A stretch of DNA of 62,079 nucleotides, the filler included. It is 3 parts of 3 records of this genome, joined end to end, with 100 filler letters (N's around TTAATTAATTAA, not from the genome) between each part and the next. Parts side by side here need not be neighbours in the genome. Positions count along the whole stretch, not along the records: positions 24,581 to 53,888 come from DRR723986_846; positions 53,989 to 62,079 come from DRR723986_1299; 1 more part is not named here. The stretch is one strand, 5' to 3'. Both the position numbers and the translations under genes were made by a program. Numbering within the stretch: position 1 is the stretch's first letter; the number at the start of each line of letters is the position of its first letter. Of this stretch, positions 50,966 to 60,038 are shown piece by piece. The notes beneath the pieces are model-generated. The model ran no database searches and had not been told where the DNA came from. It was given only the letters and a program-made list of their open reading frames with translations.

Positions 50966-51441
50966 TCCGCGACCTTTGCCTGCGGGACGCCAGCTTCATA
51001 GCTGGCAACATGCGCGATCAGGACGTGCGCGAGATCGCCTGTCTGTGGAAGGAATGGGACACGCGCGCGCTGGCGGCCTGCGCGTTGCAGACAGCGGTGC
51101 CGGGCATGGTGTGGTCGCTCTGGTACGACGGCCAGCCGGCGGCGGCCTATGGCTTCAGCCGGGCGTCCGCCTTCGATCCGGACCACTGGCAGGCCTGGGC
51201 CTTCGGCACGGACCGATTCCGCCGATGTGTGCCGGCGATCACACGGCACTTGCTGGATATCCGGCAGATTGTGGAACGGGACTGCCGGCGGCTGCAGGTG
51301 ATTACGCTGGAAAATCATGACATTGCCCATGGCTGGATCGAGGCGCTGGGCGCAACACGGGAAAGGCGGCTGAGAGCCTATGGCCGGGGCGGCGAGGACT
51401 TTTATGTCTATGCCTGGGCAAGGGGGGACAAGCGGCCATGA
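50875..51441 (+). CDS. Phage acetyltransferase-like protein (T7 gp13/internal-virion-protein-A-like); start uncertain
   Basis: NMRDQDVRE, WAFGTD, H..AHGWIEALGA and YGRGGEDF motifs resemble GNAT-fold podophage virion-assembly proteins. Confidence 0.6.
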   Translation: MEAESGAEEGSENRGRKPDGATGRPAGRFLIRDLCLRDASFIAGNMRDQDVREIACLWKEWDTRALAACALQTAVPGMVWSLWYDGQPAAAYGFSRASAFDPDHWQAWAFGTDRFRRCVPAITRHLLDIRQIVERDCRRLQVITLENHDIAHGWIEALGATRERRLRAYGRGGEDFYVYAWARGDKRP

Positions 51442-51515
51442 GCGTTGTTCGAAACCGGGAAGGCTGGTAGCGTCCGGCCATTGCTATTTTGACGTTTTTA
51501 TCTGGAGGCTCAGCC

Positions 51516-52133
51516 TTGTCTTCATCCAAGGATGATCTGCCCGTCGGGCAGATGACGAAACATTTCGCAGGCAATATCTCTCAACTGAATGCCATCGTTC
51601 TGTCCGACTATCGCAGGACCGAGGAAAACATCGGTTATCACAAGGGCCGCCTGGACCAGGGTTTCAAGCTGCTGGTCCTCAAGCACTTGCCGCTGCCGGA
51701 AGTGTTCGAGTTTCAGGGCACGACCTTGCGATCAGGCGGGCGGTATGGCCTGCCGGAGGAAACGCAGGAGGCGGACAGGCGGCGCGCAACCGTGCATGAC
51801 GGCATTCTGGCGGACCGCGGCGCTGCGGGATACCGCGATCTGCAGACCCGCGCCCTGAGCCTTGCAACTGTGACCGGGCCGAAGCGGCTGGTAAAGGTCC
51901 TGCCCACGATCCGGCATGACGAGCATATGGCCCCGCGCGATCAATATCCGATGGGCGGCGGTTTTCTGCAGTGGGACCTGAAGAAGCCCGGCTTGCCGTT
52001 TTTCTGCGCGGCGCATTTCAAACCGGGCGGCACGGTAGTGACCGTGGACGGCATGTTTCAGGTGAACTCGGACAACTTTCTGGCCGATTATCCGCAGCGC
52101 GAGAAGCTGCAGAAGTATCTGCAGACAGTCTAG
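51516..52133 (+). CDS. Hypothetical protein (possible toxin or defence effector)
   Basis: GGAGG at 51504-51508 then TTG start; motifs GYHKGRL, RLVKVLP and QYPMGGGFLQWDL. Confidence 0.6.
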   Translation: MSSSKDDLPVGQMTKHFAGNISQLNAIVLSDYRRTEENIGYHKGRLDQGFKLLVLKHLPLPEVFEFQGTTLRSGGRYGLPEETQEADRRRATVHDGILADRGAAGYRDLQTRALSLATVTGPKRLVKVLPTIRHDEHMAPRDQYPMGGGFLQWDLKKPGLPFFCAAHFKPGGTVVTVDGMFQVNSDNFLADYPQREKLQKYLQTV

Positions 52134-52147
52134 ATTTCATACCACAT

Positions 52148-53170
52148 TTAGACAGTGCGAGCAGCGAATCGGATACGGTAGTCGGTCGGGCGCAGGCCGA
52201 GTTTCTTGCGGAAGTGGTGGCGGAGCGCGTGGGCGCTGCCGAAACCGACGCGGGCCGCGATTGTTTCCATGTCGTCGTCGCCCCGGCTGAGGATCTCCTT
52301 GGCGGCTTCCAGACGCTCCTGAACCAGCCACTCGCCCGGTGTCAGCCCCGTTGCTTCGGTGAAGCGGCGCTGGAAGGTGCGCGGGCTGAGGCGGCAGAGG
52401 GCTGCCATGGTTTCAATGGTCCAGGCTGTCTGCAGCGCCTGCCTGACCCGCTCCAGAACCGGTGCGATTTCGCTGCCCTCGCGATGAGCGACGGGGCGTT
52501 CCAGGAACTGAGCCTGGTCACCGGTGCGGTGGGCGGGAACGACGAGGCGGCGCGCAACGGAGTTGGCCTTGTCTGCCCCGTAATCCTGGCGGATGATCTC
52601 GATCATCAGATCGATGCCGGCGGCGCTGCCCGCAGACGTGTAGATCCGGTTTTCCTGACGGTAGAGCGAGGCCTCGTCGACGGTGACGGCGGAGTGCCGC
52701 TCGCGCAGCTTTTCCGCGTAGCGCCAATGGGTGGTGGCGGAGCGACCGTCGAGCAGACCGGTGGCTGCCAGCACGAACGCACCGGAACAGATGGACACGA
52801 GCCGCGCGCCCCGGCTGTGGGCCTCGCAAAGCCGTTCGGCAAGCGCTTGGGGAACCGGGCAATTCGCCCCTTTCCAGCCGGGTACGACGATGATGTCCGC
52901 CTCGGCTATGCGTTCCGGACCATGGTCTGGCACGAGTGTCAGACCGCCATGGGCGCGTAAGGGGCCTTCCTCGACCGGGCAACTGGCGAAGCGGTACCAG
53001 TCGGCGCCGAATTCGGGGCGGGCCAGACCGAATATCTCGGCGACGATACCGAACTCGAACGTGCAGAGCCCGTCGTAGAGAAGGGCGACGACAAGCGGGC
53101 CTTCCGGGGCGGAGGGGGCCGTGGTTTGAGGGGACGTATTTTTTGTCATGATGTTTACGTATATAGTCAA
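52148..53170 (-). CDS. ftrA: FtrA-type GlxA/AraC transcriptional regulator
   Basis: YDGLCTFEFGI..E.FGL.RPE, SICSG, TTHW and an AraC HTH; divergent from a rhodanese gene. Confidence 0.8.
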   Translation of the reverse strand: MTIYVNIMTKNTSPQTTAPSAPEGPLVVALLYDGLCTFEFGIVAEIFGLARPEFGADWYRFASCPVEEGPLRAHGGLTLVPDHGPERIAEADIIVVPGWKGANCPVPQALAERLCEAHSRGARLVSICSGAFVLAATGLLDGRSATTHWRYAEKLRERHSAVTVDEASLYRQENRIYTSAGSAAGIDLMIEIIRQDYGADKANSVARRLVVPAHRTGDQAQFLERPVAHREGSEIAPVLERVRQALQTAWTIETMAALCRLSPRTFQRRFTEATGLTPGEWLVQERLEAAKEILSRGDDDMETIAARVGFGSAHALRHHFRKKLGLRPTDYRIRFAARTV

Positions 53171-53228
53171 TCACGCCAATTGCCAATCGGCGTTCAGACG
53201 GCGACAAACAGCGGGAAAGGAGACCTTC

Positions 53229-53627
53229 ATGACCAACAATGTCACCGCTGTTCCGGCCGCCCCGAGCGATCTCGCCAGGGAACATTTTGCCGCTGAATTT
53301 ACCTTTGAGGCCGATTGCTGGGATGTGCACGACGCCCTTCAGGGCGAGCCTGGCTTTGTGTTGCTGGATGTGCGCAGTCCGGCGCTGTTCGAAAAAGGCC
53401 ATGTGCCTGGCGCGATCAACCTTCCCCACGGCAAGATCATCCGTTCCAAGATGGCCAGGTGGCCGGAGGAGACACTGTTCGTGACTTATTGCGCCGGCCC
53501 GCATTGCAACGGTGCCGCACGGGGGGCGTTGCGGCTTGCGGAATTGGGCCGCCCGGTGAAGATCATGGCAGGTGGCGTTACCGGCTGGATCGACGAAGGT
53601 TTTGAGCTGGCAACCGGTAATCCATGA
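53229..53627 (+). CDS. Rhodanese-like domain protein
   Basis: LLDVRS, GHVPGA, YCAGPHCNGA and GGVTGW motifs; AGGAG RBS. Confidence 0.9.
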   Translation: MTNNVTAVPAAPSDLAREHFAAEFTFEADCWDVHDALQGEPGFVLLDVRSPALFEKGHVPGAINLPHGKIIRSKMARWPEETLFVTYCAGPHCNGAARGALRLAELGRPVKIMAGGVTGWIDEGFELATGNP

Positions 53628-53888
53628 GCTGAGCCGCAGCAAGAGCCCCTGCCTGCCTGACCCTGCCTGCTTTGGCCGGTCAGGCGAGGGCATTACCAGG
53701 AGCGTCGGTCGAAGAGAAACGATAGCCAGGGCCGCGGCAAGGGAAGCCTTCAGGAAAGCTCCAGCGGCGGGTTGCAAAAATCCAATGGATCAACCACAAT
53801 CCCGACAGGAACAAAGAATGAACATTTTTTAGGGGCTTTGGACACAGGACCCATGGCGGATTTTGAAGACATTACCGGCTGGCGGGAA

Positions 53889-53988
53889 NNNNNNNNNNNN
53901 NNNNNNNNNNNNNNNNNNNNNNNNNNNNNNNNTTAATTAATTAANNNNNNNNNNNNNNNNNNNNNNNNNNNNNNNNNNNNNNNNNNNN
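53889..53988. other. Artificial contig-joining spacer (N44-TTAATTAATTAA-N44)
   Basis: Identical to the linker at 24481-24580. Confidence 0.98.
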
Positions 53989-54857
53989 GCATTGTGGGCG
54001 AAAGCGGTTCGGGCAAAACCACCGCCGCAATGGCGGCGATCCGGCTGGTTGCGGCCTCGTCCGGGCAGGTGTTGTTTCAGGGCGAAGATCTGCTTGGCTT
54101 GTCCGAAGCCGAAATGCGCGCCCGGCGCCGCGATGTGCAGCTGATCTTCCAAGACCCTTACTCCAGCCTAAACCCCCGCGCCCGTGTGGCCGATATTGTG
54201 CGCGAGCCGATGGATCTGATGGGCATCGGCACCCCCGACGAACGGCACGCCCGCGTCGAAGAGCTGTTCAAACTGGTGGGCCTGCGCCCCGACCAGCTGA
54301 ACCTGTTTCCGCATCAGTTTTCCGGCGGCCAGCGCCAGCGCATTTCGATTGCCCGCGCACTGACCACAAACCCGCGGCTTTTGGTCTGCGACGAGCCAGT
54401 ATCGGCGCTGGATGTGGCCATTCAGGCGCAAATCCTGAACCTATTGGCCAAGCTGAAAACCGAGCTGGGGCTATCATATCTCTTCATCAGCCACGACCTG
54501 GGCGTTGTGCGCCATGTCTGCGATGATGTGGCGGTGATGTATCTGGGCAAAATCGTGGAAATCGGGGATCGCACCCAGTTGTTTGACGCCCCCCAGCACC
54601 CCTATACCCAGGCGCTGTTGGCCGCAGCCCCCAGCCTGGCGCGGCGCAAATCGCGCGGCTATGTGCGGCCCTTGAAAATCAGCGGCGACCCGCCCAGCCC
54701 CATCAACCCACCCAAGGGCTGTGCCTTTGCCGATCGCTGCCCCAAGGCGCAACAGATCTGCCGCAGCACCCAGCCCAGCCTGGCGGGCAGCGGCGGGCAC
54801 CAGGTGGCCTGCCATTTCCCCGGCCCCGCAACCGAGGCCACAGCGGCCCAGATGTAA
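53989..54857 (+). CDS. Oligopeptide/dipeptide ABC ATP-binding protein, 5' truncated
   Basis: GESGSGKT, FSGGQRQR, CDEPVSALD, HPYT and the C-terminal Cys-containing oligo_HPY domain. Confidence 0.92.
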
Positions 54858-54867
54858 CAAGGCGCGT

Positions 54868-55758
54868 CTACAGCGCGCCCACGGCCTGTGCAATCTGGCC
54901 CCGCAGCCAGCGATGCATCGGGGCGTGGTGGGTGCGCGCTGTCCAGTATAGGTCAATAGCAAATGCTGAGGGAAAGGGGCATGGCAGAACCTTTACGCCC
55001 GGGCCATAGGCCTGCGCCACCCGGCGCGGCACGGTGCCCAGCAGATCGGTGCCCATGATCAGTTGGGGCAGGTTGGCGGGGCTTGGCACCTCGACCGCGA
55101 CGTTCGGGGCCAGGCCCTGCGCATCCATTTCCACCAGATAGGACGAGCGCCAATTCCCCCCGTAGGTCACCACAACCTGTGGTGTGGCGGCAAAAATTTC
55201 GGCGCTCAGCGTGGCATCGGCCAGCGGGTTTTGCGCATCGATCACGCAAACATAATGATCTTCCAGCAGGCGCCGGCCATAAAACCCGCTTTCCTTTATG
55301 CGGATGGGCCCCACCAACAAATCGCTTTCGCCGCGGCTAAGCTGCTGTTTGCCCTGCACGCTAGAGGCGATGATATTCAGCCGCAAGCCCGGGGCGCTGC
55401 GGCGCAAATTGCGGATCAGATGCGGCACCATCGTGGCGCGCTCGTAATAATTACAGCTGAGCGTCACTTCGGCCCTTGCATGGGCCGGATCAAAGGCGCG
55501 CGGCTCGGCCAGGGCCAAGAATTGATCCAGCAGCTGCCCGGCCTCGGCCACGATTTCCAAACAGCGCTCGGTTGGCACGGTGCCCGTGCCCTGGCGCACA
55601 AAAAGCGGGTCATCAAAGGCGCGGCGCAGGCGATCTATGGTGTAGCTGACCGCGCTTTGCGTGCTGCCCAGCGCCTCGGCCGCGCGGGTGAACGAGCCAT
55701 GCGCATGCACCATACGCAGCACCCGCAAGGCGGCAAAATCGACCGAATGCACATCCAT
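54868..55758 (-). CDS. LysR regulator (NahR/NagR/DntR-like)
   Basis: HTH followed by FDDPLFVR and AFDPA motifs; C-terminal HRWLR. Confidence 0.9.
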   Translation of the reverse strand: MDVHSVDFAALRVLRMVHAHGSFTRAAEALGSTQSAVSYTIDRLRRAFDDPLFVRQGTGTVPTERCLEIVAEAGQLLDQFLALAEPRAFDPAHARAEVTLSCNYYERATMVPHLIRNLRRSAPGLRLNIIASSVQGKQQLSRGESDLLVGPIRIKESGFYGRRLLEDHYVCVIDAQNPLADATLSAEIFAATPQVVVTYGGNWRSSYLVEMDAQGLAPNVAVEVPSPANLPQLIMGTDLLGTVPRRVAQAYGPGVKVLPCPFPSAFAIDLYWTARTHHAPMHRWLRGQIAQAVGAL

Positions 55759-55769
55759 CCTGGACCTCT

Positions 55770-55784
55770 ATCAAATTTCCTGAT
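55770..55784. promoter_or_regulatory. LysR recognition site
   Basis: ATCA-N7-TGAT (T-N11-A dyad) between the divergent LysR and P450 genes. Confidence 0.65.
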
Positions 55785-55867
55785 GCATATTATAAAATTA
55801 ATCGGATTGCCAGATACACCACCCAGCCCTAGTCTTTGCTCCGCATCCAGTGTTCAGGGAGGGACCA

Positions 55868-57052
55868 TTGGCCAGCATACCCGCCGCCCCGGTTGATGAA
55901 ACAATCACCATCGCACAGCTTACGCGCGATCCTTACAGCGTTTATGCCCGCCTGCGCCGCGAGGCGCCGGTGCTGCGCGTCAAGGCGCTGGGGCGCACAT
56001 TGCTGACGCGCGCGGCAGATACAAAGGCGGTAAAAGACAATCCGGCGGTGTTTTCAGCAAACGATCCAAACACCCCGATGCAGCGTGCCTTTCGCGCCCA
56101 TACATTGATGCGCAAGGATGGCGAGGAACACGCCGCCGAACGCGGCGCCATGGCACCGGCCTTTAGCGGCCGGTCGATCACCCAATGCTGGACGCCCATT
56201 TACACGAAAATCGCCGAAGACTATGTCGCACGCCTGCCCCGGGGTGAAACGGTCGAGCTGTTTCACGGCCTGGCCGGCCCTTTCGCCGCGCGCTGCCTGA
56301 CCCATCTTTTGGGCATCCCCGAGGCCAGCGATGACGATATGCAACGCTGGAGCCAGATTTTGATCGATGGCGCCGGCAATTTTGGGTGGGCGCCCGAGCT
56401 CTTTGCCGAATGTGACCGCGCCAATGACGAGATGGATGCGCTGTTTCGCGCCGCCGCCGCGCGGTATCGGGAAACCCCAGATCAAAGCGCGCTATCGGTG
56501 ATGGTGAATGCCGAAAACCCGATCCCCGAAAGCCAAATTCATTCCAATATCAAGATCGCCATTGGTGGCGGCATCAACGAGCCACGCGATGCGCTGCTGA
56601 CCATCCTTTACGGCTTGCTCAGCAATCCCGATCAATGCGCCGCCGCCAAACGCGATGGGTTGTGGACCGAAGCCTTTGAAGAGGGCGTGCGCTGGGTGGC
56701 GCCGATCCAGGTATCGTCGCGCGTGGCCAAAGAAGATATCGAGCTGGGCGGCTACCTGATCGCCAAGGGCGACACGGTGATGACCTCGCAAGCCAGCGCC
56801 AACTGGGACGAAGATCTGTTTGAGGATCCGCATCTGTTCAACATCTTCCGCCCCCGCACCCCACATCAGGCCTTTGGCAATGGCCCGCATTTCTGCCAGG
56901 GCACCCATATTGCCCGGCGTATGCTGGCCAATATCATGCTGCCCATGCTGTTTGACCGCTTTCCCAATATGCAACTGGCCGACAAAGACAGTGTGCAGTT
57001 TTGGGGGTTTGGCTTTCGCGGGCCGCGCAGTTTACACGTAACCTTGAATTAA
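55868..57052 (+). CDS. Cytochrome P450, CYP104/VirH2(PinF2)-like
   Basis: Heme motif FGNGPHFCQG, ExxR (EGVR), I-helix IAIGGGINEPRDA and WGFGFRGP; TTG start after GGAGG. Confidence 0.85.
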   Translation: MASIPAAPVDETITIAQLTRDPYSVYARLRREAPVLRVKALGRTLLTRAADTKAVKDNPAVFSANDPNTPMQRAFRAHTLMRKDGEEHAAERGAMAPAFSGRSITQCWTPIYTKIAEDYVARLPRGETVELFHGLAGPFAARCLTHLLGIPEASDDDMQRWSQILIDGAGNFGWAPELFAECDRANDEMDALFRAAAARYRETPDQSALSVMVNAENPIPESQIHSNIKIAIGGGINEPRDALLTILYGLLSNPDQCAAAKRDGLWTEAFEEGVRWVAPIQVSSRVAKEDIELGGYLIAKGDTVMTSQASANWDEDLFEDPHLFNIFRPRTPHQAFGNGPHFCQGTHIARRMLANIMLPMLFDRFPNMQLADKDSVQFWGFGFRGPRSLHVTLN

Positions 57053-57142
57053 GGGCAAAAAGCCCCAGATTTGGCCAGCCCGGGTACGCCTGGGTTATGC
57101 GCCGGAACCGGCCACCTCAAGGCCAACCCTAGGGAGGAAGTT

Positions 57143-58180
57143 ATGAAACGACGTATCGCTTTAAAAACCGTGGCCGCCGCAGCGCTGGCGCTGGGCCTGG
57201 CGCCTGGCATCGCCGCTGCGCAAGATGTCACCTTGCGCTTGCACCAGTTCTTGCCACCGCCTGCCACGGTGCCAAAACATATTCTGAAACCTTGGGCTGC
57301 CCGCGTGGAAGAGCGCGCCGGCGGCGCGCTGAAGATCGAGCATTTCGATGCCATGGCGCTGGGGGGCCGCCCCTCGGATCTGATGGATCAGGCCATGGAT
57401 GGCGTGGCCGATATCGTCATGACCGTTGTGGGCTATACCCCGGGCCGCTTCCCCAAAACCGAAGTGTTCGAACTGCCCTTTATGATGACCGATCCAATCG
57501 CCACCGCCAAAGCCTTTCAAGAGCTGGTCGAAACCGATCTGCAGGCGGGCGAATATAAGGACGTGAAAGTGCTGGGCGCATGGGTGCACGGCCCCGGCGT
57601 GGTGCACACCAAAGATCCTGTGACAAAGCTGGAAGATCTAGAGGGCAAAAAGCTGCGTGGCCCAACCCGCGTGATTTCTGATCTTTTGGGCGAATTGGGG
57701 GCCACCCCTGTGGGCATGCCCCTGCCCGCCATCCCCGAAGCCCTGTCAAAAGGCGTGGTGGATGGCACCGTGATCCCGTGGGAGGTAACGCCCGCAATCA
57801 AGCTGACGGAACTGGTGGGCAACCACGCAGAATTCGGCGGCGACGAGGCGCTTTATACCGCCACGATCATCATGGTGATGAACAAGGCCAAATACGACAG
57901 CCTGCCCGCCGATATCCGCGCGGCCATTGATGCAGAATCAGGAATGGCACTGGCCGAGTTTGCCGCGCAGGTCATGTATGACTACGACAAACCCGGCCGT
58001 GATATTGCCGAAAAGAATGGCAATACCATCACCAAGCTGGATGCGGCCGAAGTGGCCCGCTGGAAAGCCAAATCGCAACCCGTTATCGATCGTTGGGTGG
58101 CGGATATGAACAGCAAAGGCATCGATGGTGCCGCGCTGATCGAACAGGCCAAAAGCCTGATCAAAAAGCACGGCGGCTAA
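57143..58180 (+). CDS. TRAP transporter substrate-binding protein (DctP family)
   Basis: Signal peptide; LHQFLPP, YTPGRFP, DLEGKKLR and LGATPVGMP motifs. Confidence 0.92.
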   Translation: MKRRIALKTVAAAALALGLAPGIAAAQDVTLRLHQFLPPPATVPKHILKPWAARVEERAGGALKIEHFDAMALGGRPSDLMDQAMDGVADIVMTVVGYTPGRFPKTEVFELPFMMTDPIATAKAFQELVETDLQAGEYKDVKVLGAWVHGPGVVHTKDPVTKLEDLEGKKLRGPTRVISDLLGELGATPVGMPLPAIPEALSKGVVDGTVIPWEVTPAIKLTELVGNHAEFGGDEALYTATIIMVMNKAKYDSLPADIRAAIDAESGMALAEFAAQVMYDYDKPGRDIAEKNGNTITKLDAAEVARWKAKSQPVIDRWVADMNSKGIDGAALIEQAKSLIKKHGG

Positions 58181-58191
58181 GCCCGCTTTCC

Positions 58192-58224
58192 GGCCGCCAG
58201 CCCTGCGCTGGCGGCCTTTTTTTT
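58192..58224 (+). terminator. Intrinsic terminator after the TRAP SBP gene
   Basis: GGCCGCCAGC-loop-GCTGGCGGCC followed by T8. Confidence 0.8.
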
Positions 58225-58248
58225 ATCCGCTGCAAGCAGGGCCACACC

Positions 58249-58731
58249 ATGCCAGATACCGCAACCGCCCATTTGGCCCCACCCCCGCTGAACCATGTGT
58301 GCGATCTGTTCGTCGATCTCGACCCGATCCGCGAGATGGGCCATGGCCGGGCCGGCCAAAGGCGGATCATTCCCATCATCGGCGGGCAGGTGCGCGGGCC
58401 GATGTTGAATGGGCGCATCATGAATTTGGGGGCGGATTGGCAAACCATATGGGCCAATGACGTGGCCGAGCTGGATACACGCTATGCCATGGAAACCGAC
58501 GATGGCGCAGTGATTGAAATTCGCAACTATGGCTATCGCCATGGCCCAGCCGATGTTTTAAAGGCCGTGGCGCAGGGCCAGGATGTGAGCCCTAATAGCT
58601 ATTACATGCGCACACATGCGCGGCTGGAATGCGGCGATCCGCGCTATGAATGGGTGAACCGCACCCTGTTTGTGGGGCGCGGTGCACGGCTGCAACAGCA
58701 GGTGGTTGTGTCGCTTTATGCGCTAGGCTAA
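58249..58731 (+). CDS. DUF3237 (UPF0311) protein
   Basis: RRIIPIIGG, GADWQ, LDTRY..TDDGAVI and YEWVNRTLFVG motifs. Confidence 0.88.
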   Translation: MPDTATAHLAPPPLNHVCDLFVDLDPIREMGHGRAGQRRIIPIIGGQVRGPMLNGRIMNLGADWQTIWANDVAELDTRYAMETDDGAVIEIRNYGYRHGPADVLKAVAQGQDVSPNSYYMRTHARLECGDPRYEWVNRTLFVGRGARLQQQVVVSLYALG

Positions 58732-59933
58732 CGCGCCGCCCGCGTTTCGCGCGATACCGCCCCCTCGAGCCCGGTGCTGCCATAAAGCCATTCGATCTGA
58801 TCATACCAATCCTGGGGCCCGCGGGCGCGCATCACGGCGTTGCGCAGCGCCGCATGCGCACCGGCGGGGTGATAGACATGTTCGCCAATGGCGCGCGATT
58901 GCAGCTGCACCCGCGCCGTGCGCAGCTGGCGCATATTTTGATACGCGTTCAGCGCGGCCTCGACATCGTCGATATGCGACAGGCAATGCGACAGCGCCAC
59001 CGCATCCTCCATCGCCATACAGGCACCTTGGGCGAAATATTGCAGCATCGGGTGGGCGGCATCGCCCAACAGCGCCACGCGCCCGTCGACCCAGTTCATC
59101 ACCGGATCGCGGTCGCATAGCACCCATAGCTTCCAATCCTTGCCCTTATCGATGATCTGTTGCGCGCGGGGGGCGATATGTTCGAACCCGCGGCGCACCT
59201 CGTCATGCGAAACAGCCTTGCCAGCCACAGGTTCGGGCGCATCATTGTGATAGGTTACAACCAGATTGAACGCTTTCCAGCCCTGCAACGGGTAATGCAC
59301 GATATGGCATTTGGGCCCCGCCCATAGGGTGGCTGCGTTCCAGCGCAGATCTTCGGGCATGTCTTCGGTCGGGATCACGCTGCGATAGGTGGTGTGGCCC
59401 GATACGCGCGGCGCCCCGTCGCCCACCAACTGCTGGCGAATATTCGACCACAGCCCATCGGCCCCGATCAACACGCTGCCAGTTTCAACCTGGCCATCGG
59501 CCAGCTGCACACGCACTTCGGCCCCCTCTTGGCTGTAGCTTTGCACCGCCGCATTGGTGCGCAGATCGACCAGCGGGCTTTCAAGGCAGGCCTTTAGGAA
59601 GACCCCATGCAAATCGCCCCGATGCACCACGGCATAGGGGTTGCCAAACCGCGTGCGAAACCCCTCGTCCAGCGGAATAGAGGTGATTTCGCTGCCATCC
59701 AGCGCATCCATCAGCCGCAAACTATCGATATACACCGCCATCGCGCGGGCGGTATCGCCGACGCCCAGATAATCAAAGGCGTGAAAGGCATTGGGCCCCA
59801 GCTGAATGCCCGCCCCGATTTCCCCCAGCTGGGGCGCTTTTTCCAAAACCAGGCTGCGAATGCCACGCTGGGCCAGGCCGATAGCGGCCGCCAGCCCACC
59901 AATACCACCGCCAGCAATCAGAACACGGGTCAT
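58728..59933 (-). CDS. 3-hydroxybenzoate 6-monooxygenase (FAD-dependent)
   Basis: GGGIGG, EIGAGIQLGPNA, HRGDLH, HIVHYPL and GDAAHPMLQYFAQGACMA motifs. Confidence 0.88.
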   Translation of the reverse strand: MTRVLIAGGGIGGLAAAIGLAQRGIRSLVLEKAPQLGEIGAGIQLGPNAFHAFDYLGVGDTARAMAVYIDSLRLMDALDGSEITSIPLDEGFRTRFGNPYAVVHRGDLHGVFLKACLESPLVDLRTNAAVQSYSQEGAEVRVQLADGQVETGSVLIGADGLWSNIRQQLVGDGAPRVSGHTTYRSVIPTEDMPEDLRWNAATLWAGPKCHIVHYPLQGWKAFNLVVTYHNDAPEPVAGKAVSHDEVRRGFEHIAPRAQQIIDKGKDWKLWVLCDRDPVMNWVDGRVALLGDAAHPMLQYFAQGACMAMEDAVALSHCLSHIDDVEAALNAYQNMRQLRTARVQLQSRAIGEHVYHPAGAHAALRNAVMRARGPQDWYDQIEWLYGSTGLEGAVSRETRAAR

Positions 59934-59955
59934 AGGGTTTCCCTTTCGCTTTTTA

Positions 59956-59969
59956 ATACGCATACGTAT
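59956..59969. promoter_or_regulatory. Putative MarR operator
   Basis: ATACG-CATA-CGTAT palindrome between the divergent monooxygenase and MarR genes. Confidence 0.55.
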
Positions 59970-60038
59970 CATTAGCGTGCGTGTAAATACTTTTCTTATG
60001 TCACCGCCCCGGCTAGACTGTGGTGAACGGAGGCACTG

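Larger units (their letters stand above)
28042..51441. mobile_element. Degenerate or domesticated lambdoid prophage skeleton with about 17 kb of inserted cargo
   Basis: Order is early-left gene, CI, small rightward genes, DUF6362, [cargo], TerS, TerL, acetyltransferase-like virion gene. No integrase, portal, capsid or lysis gene seen; boundaries are approximate. Confidence 0.6.

Noticed and set aside
53853-53888. ORF start MADFEDITGWRE at the end of contig B
   Set aside because: Only 12 codons before the gap; plausible but unassignable.
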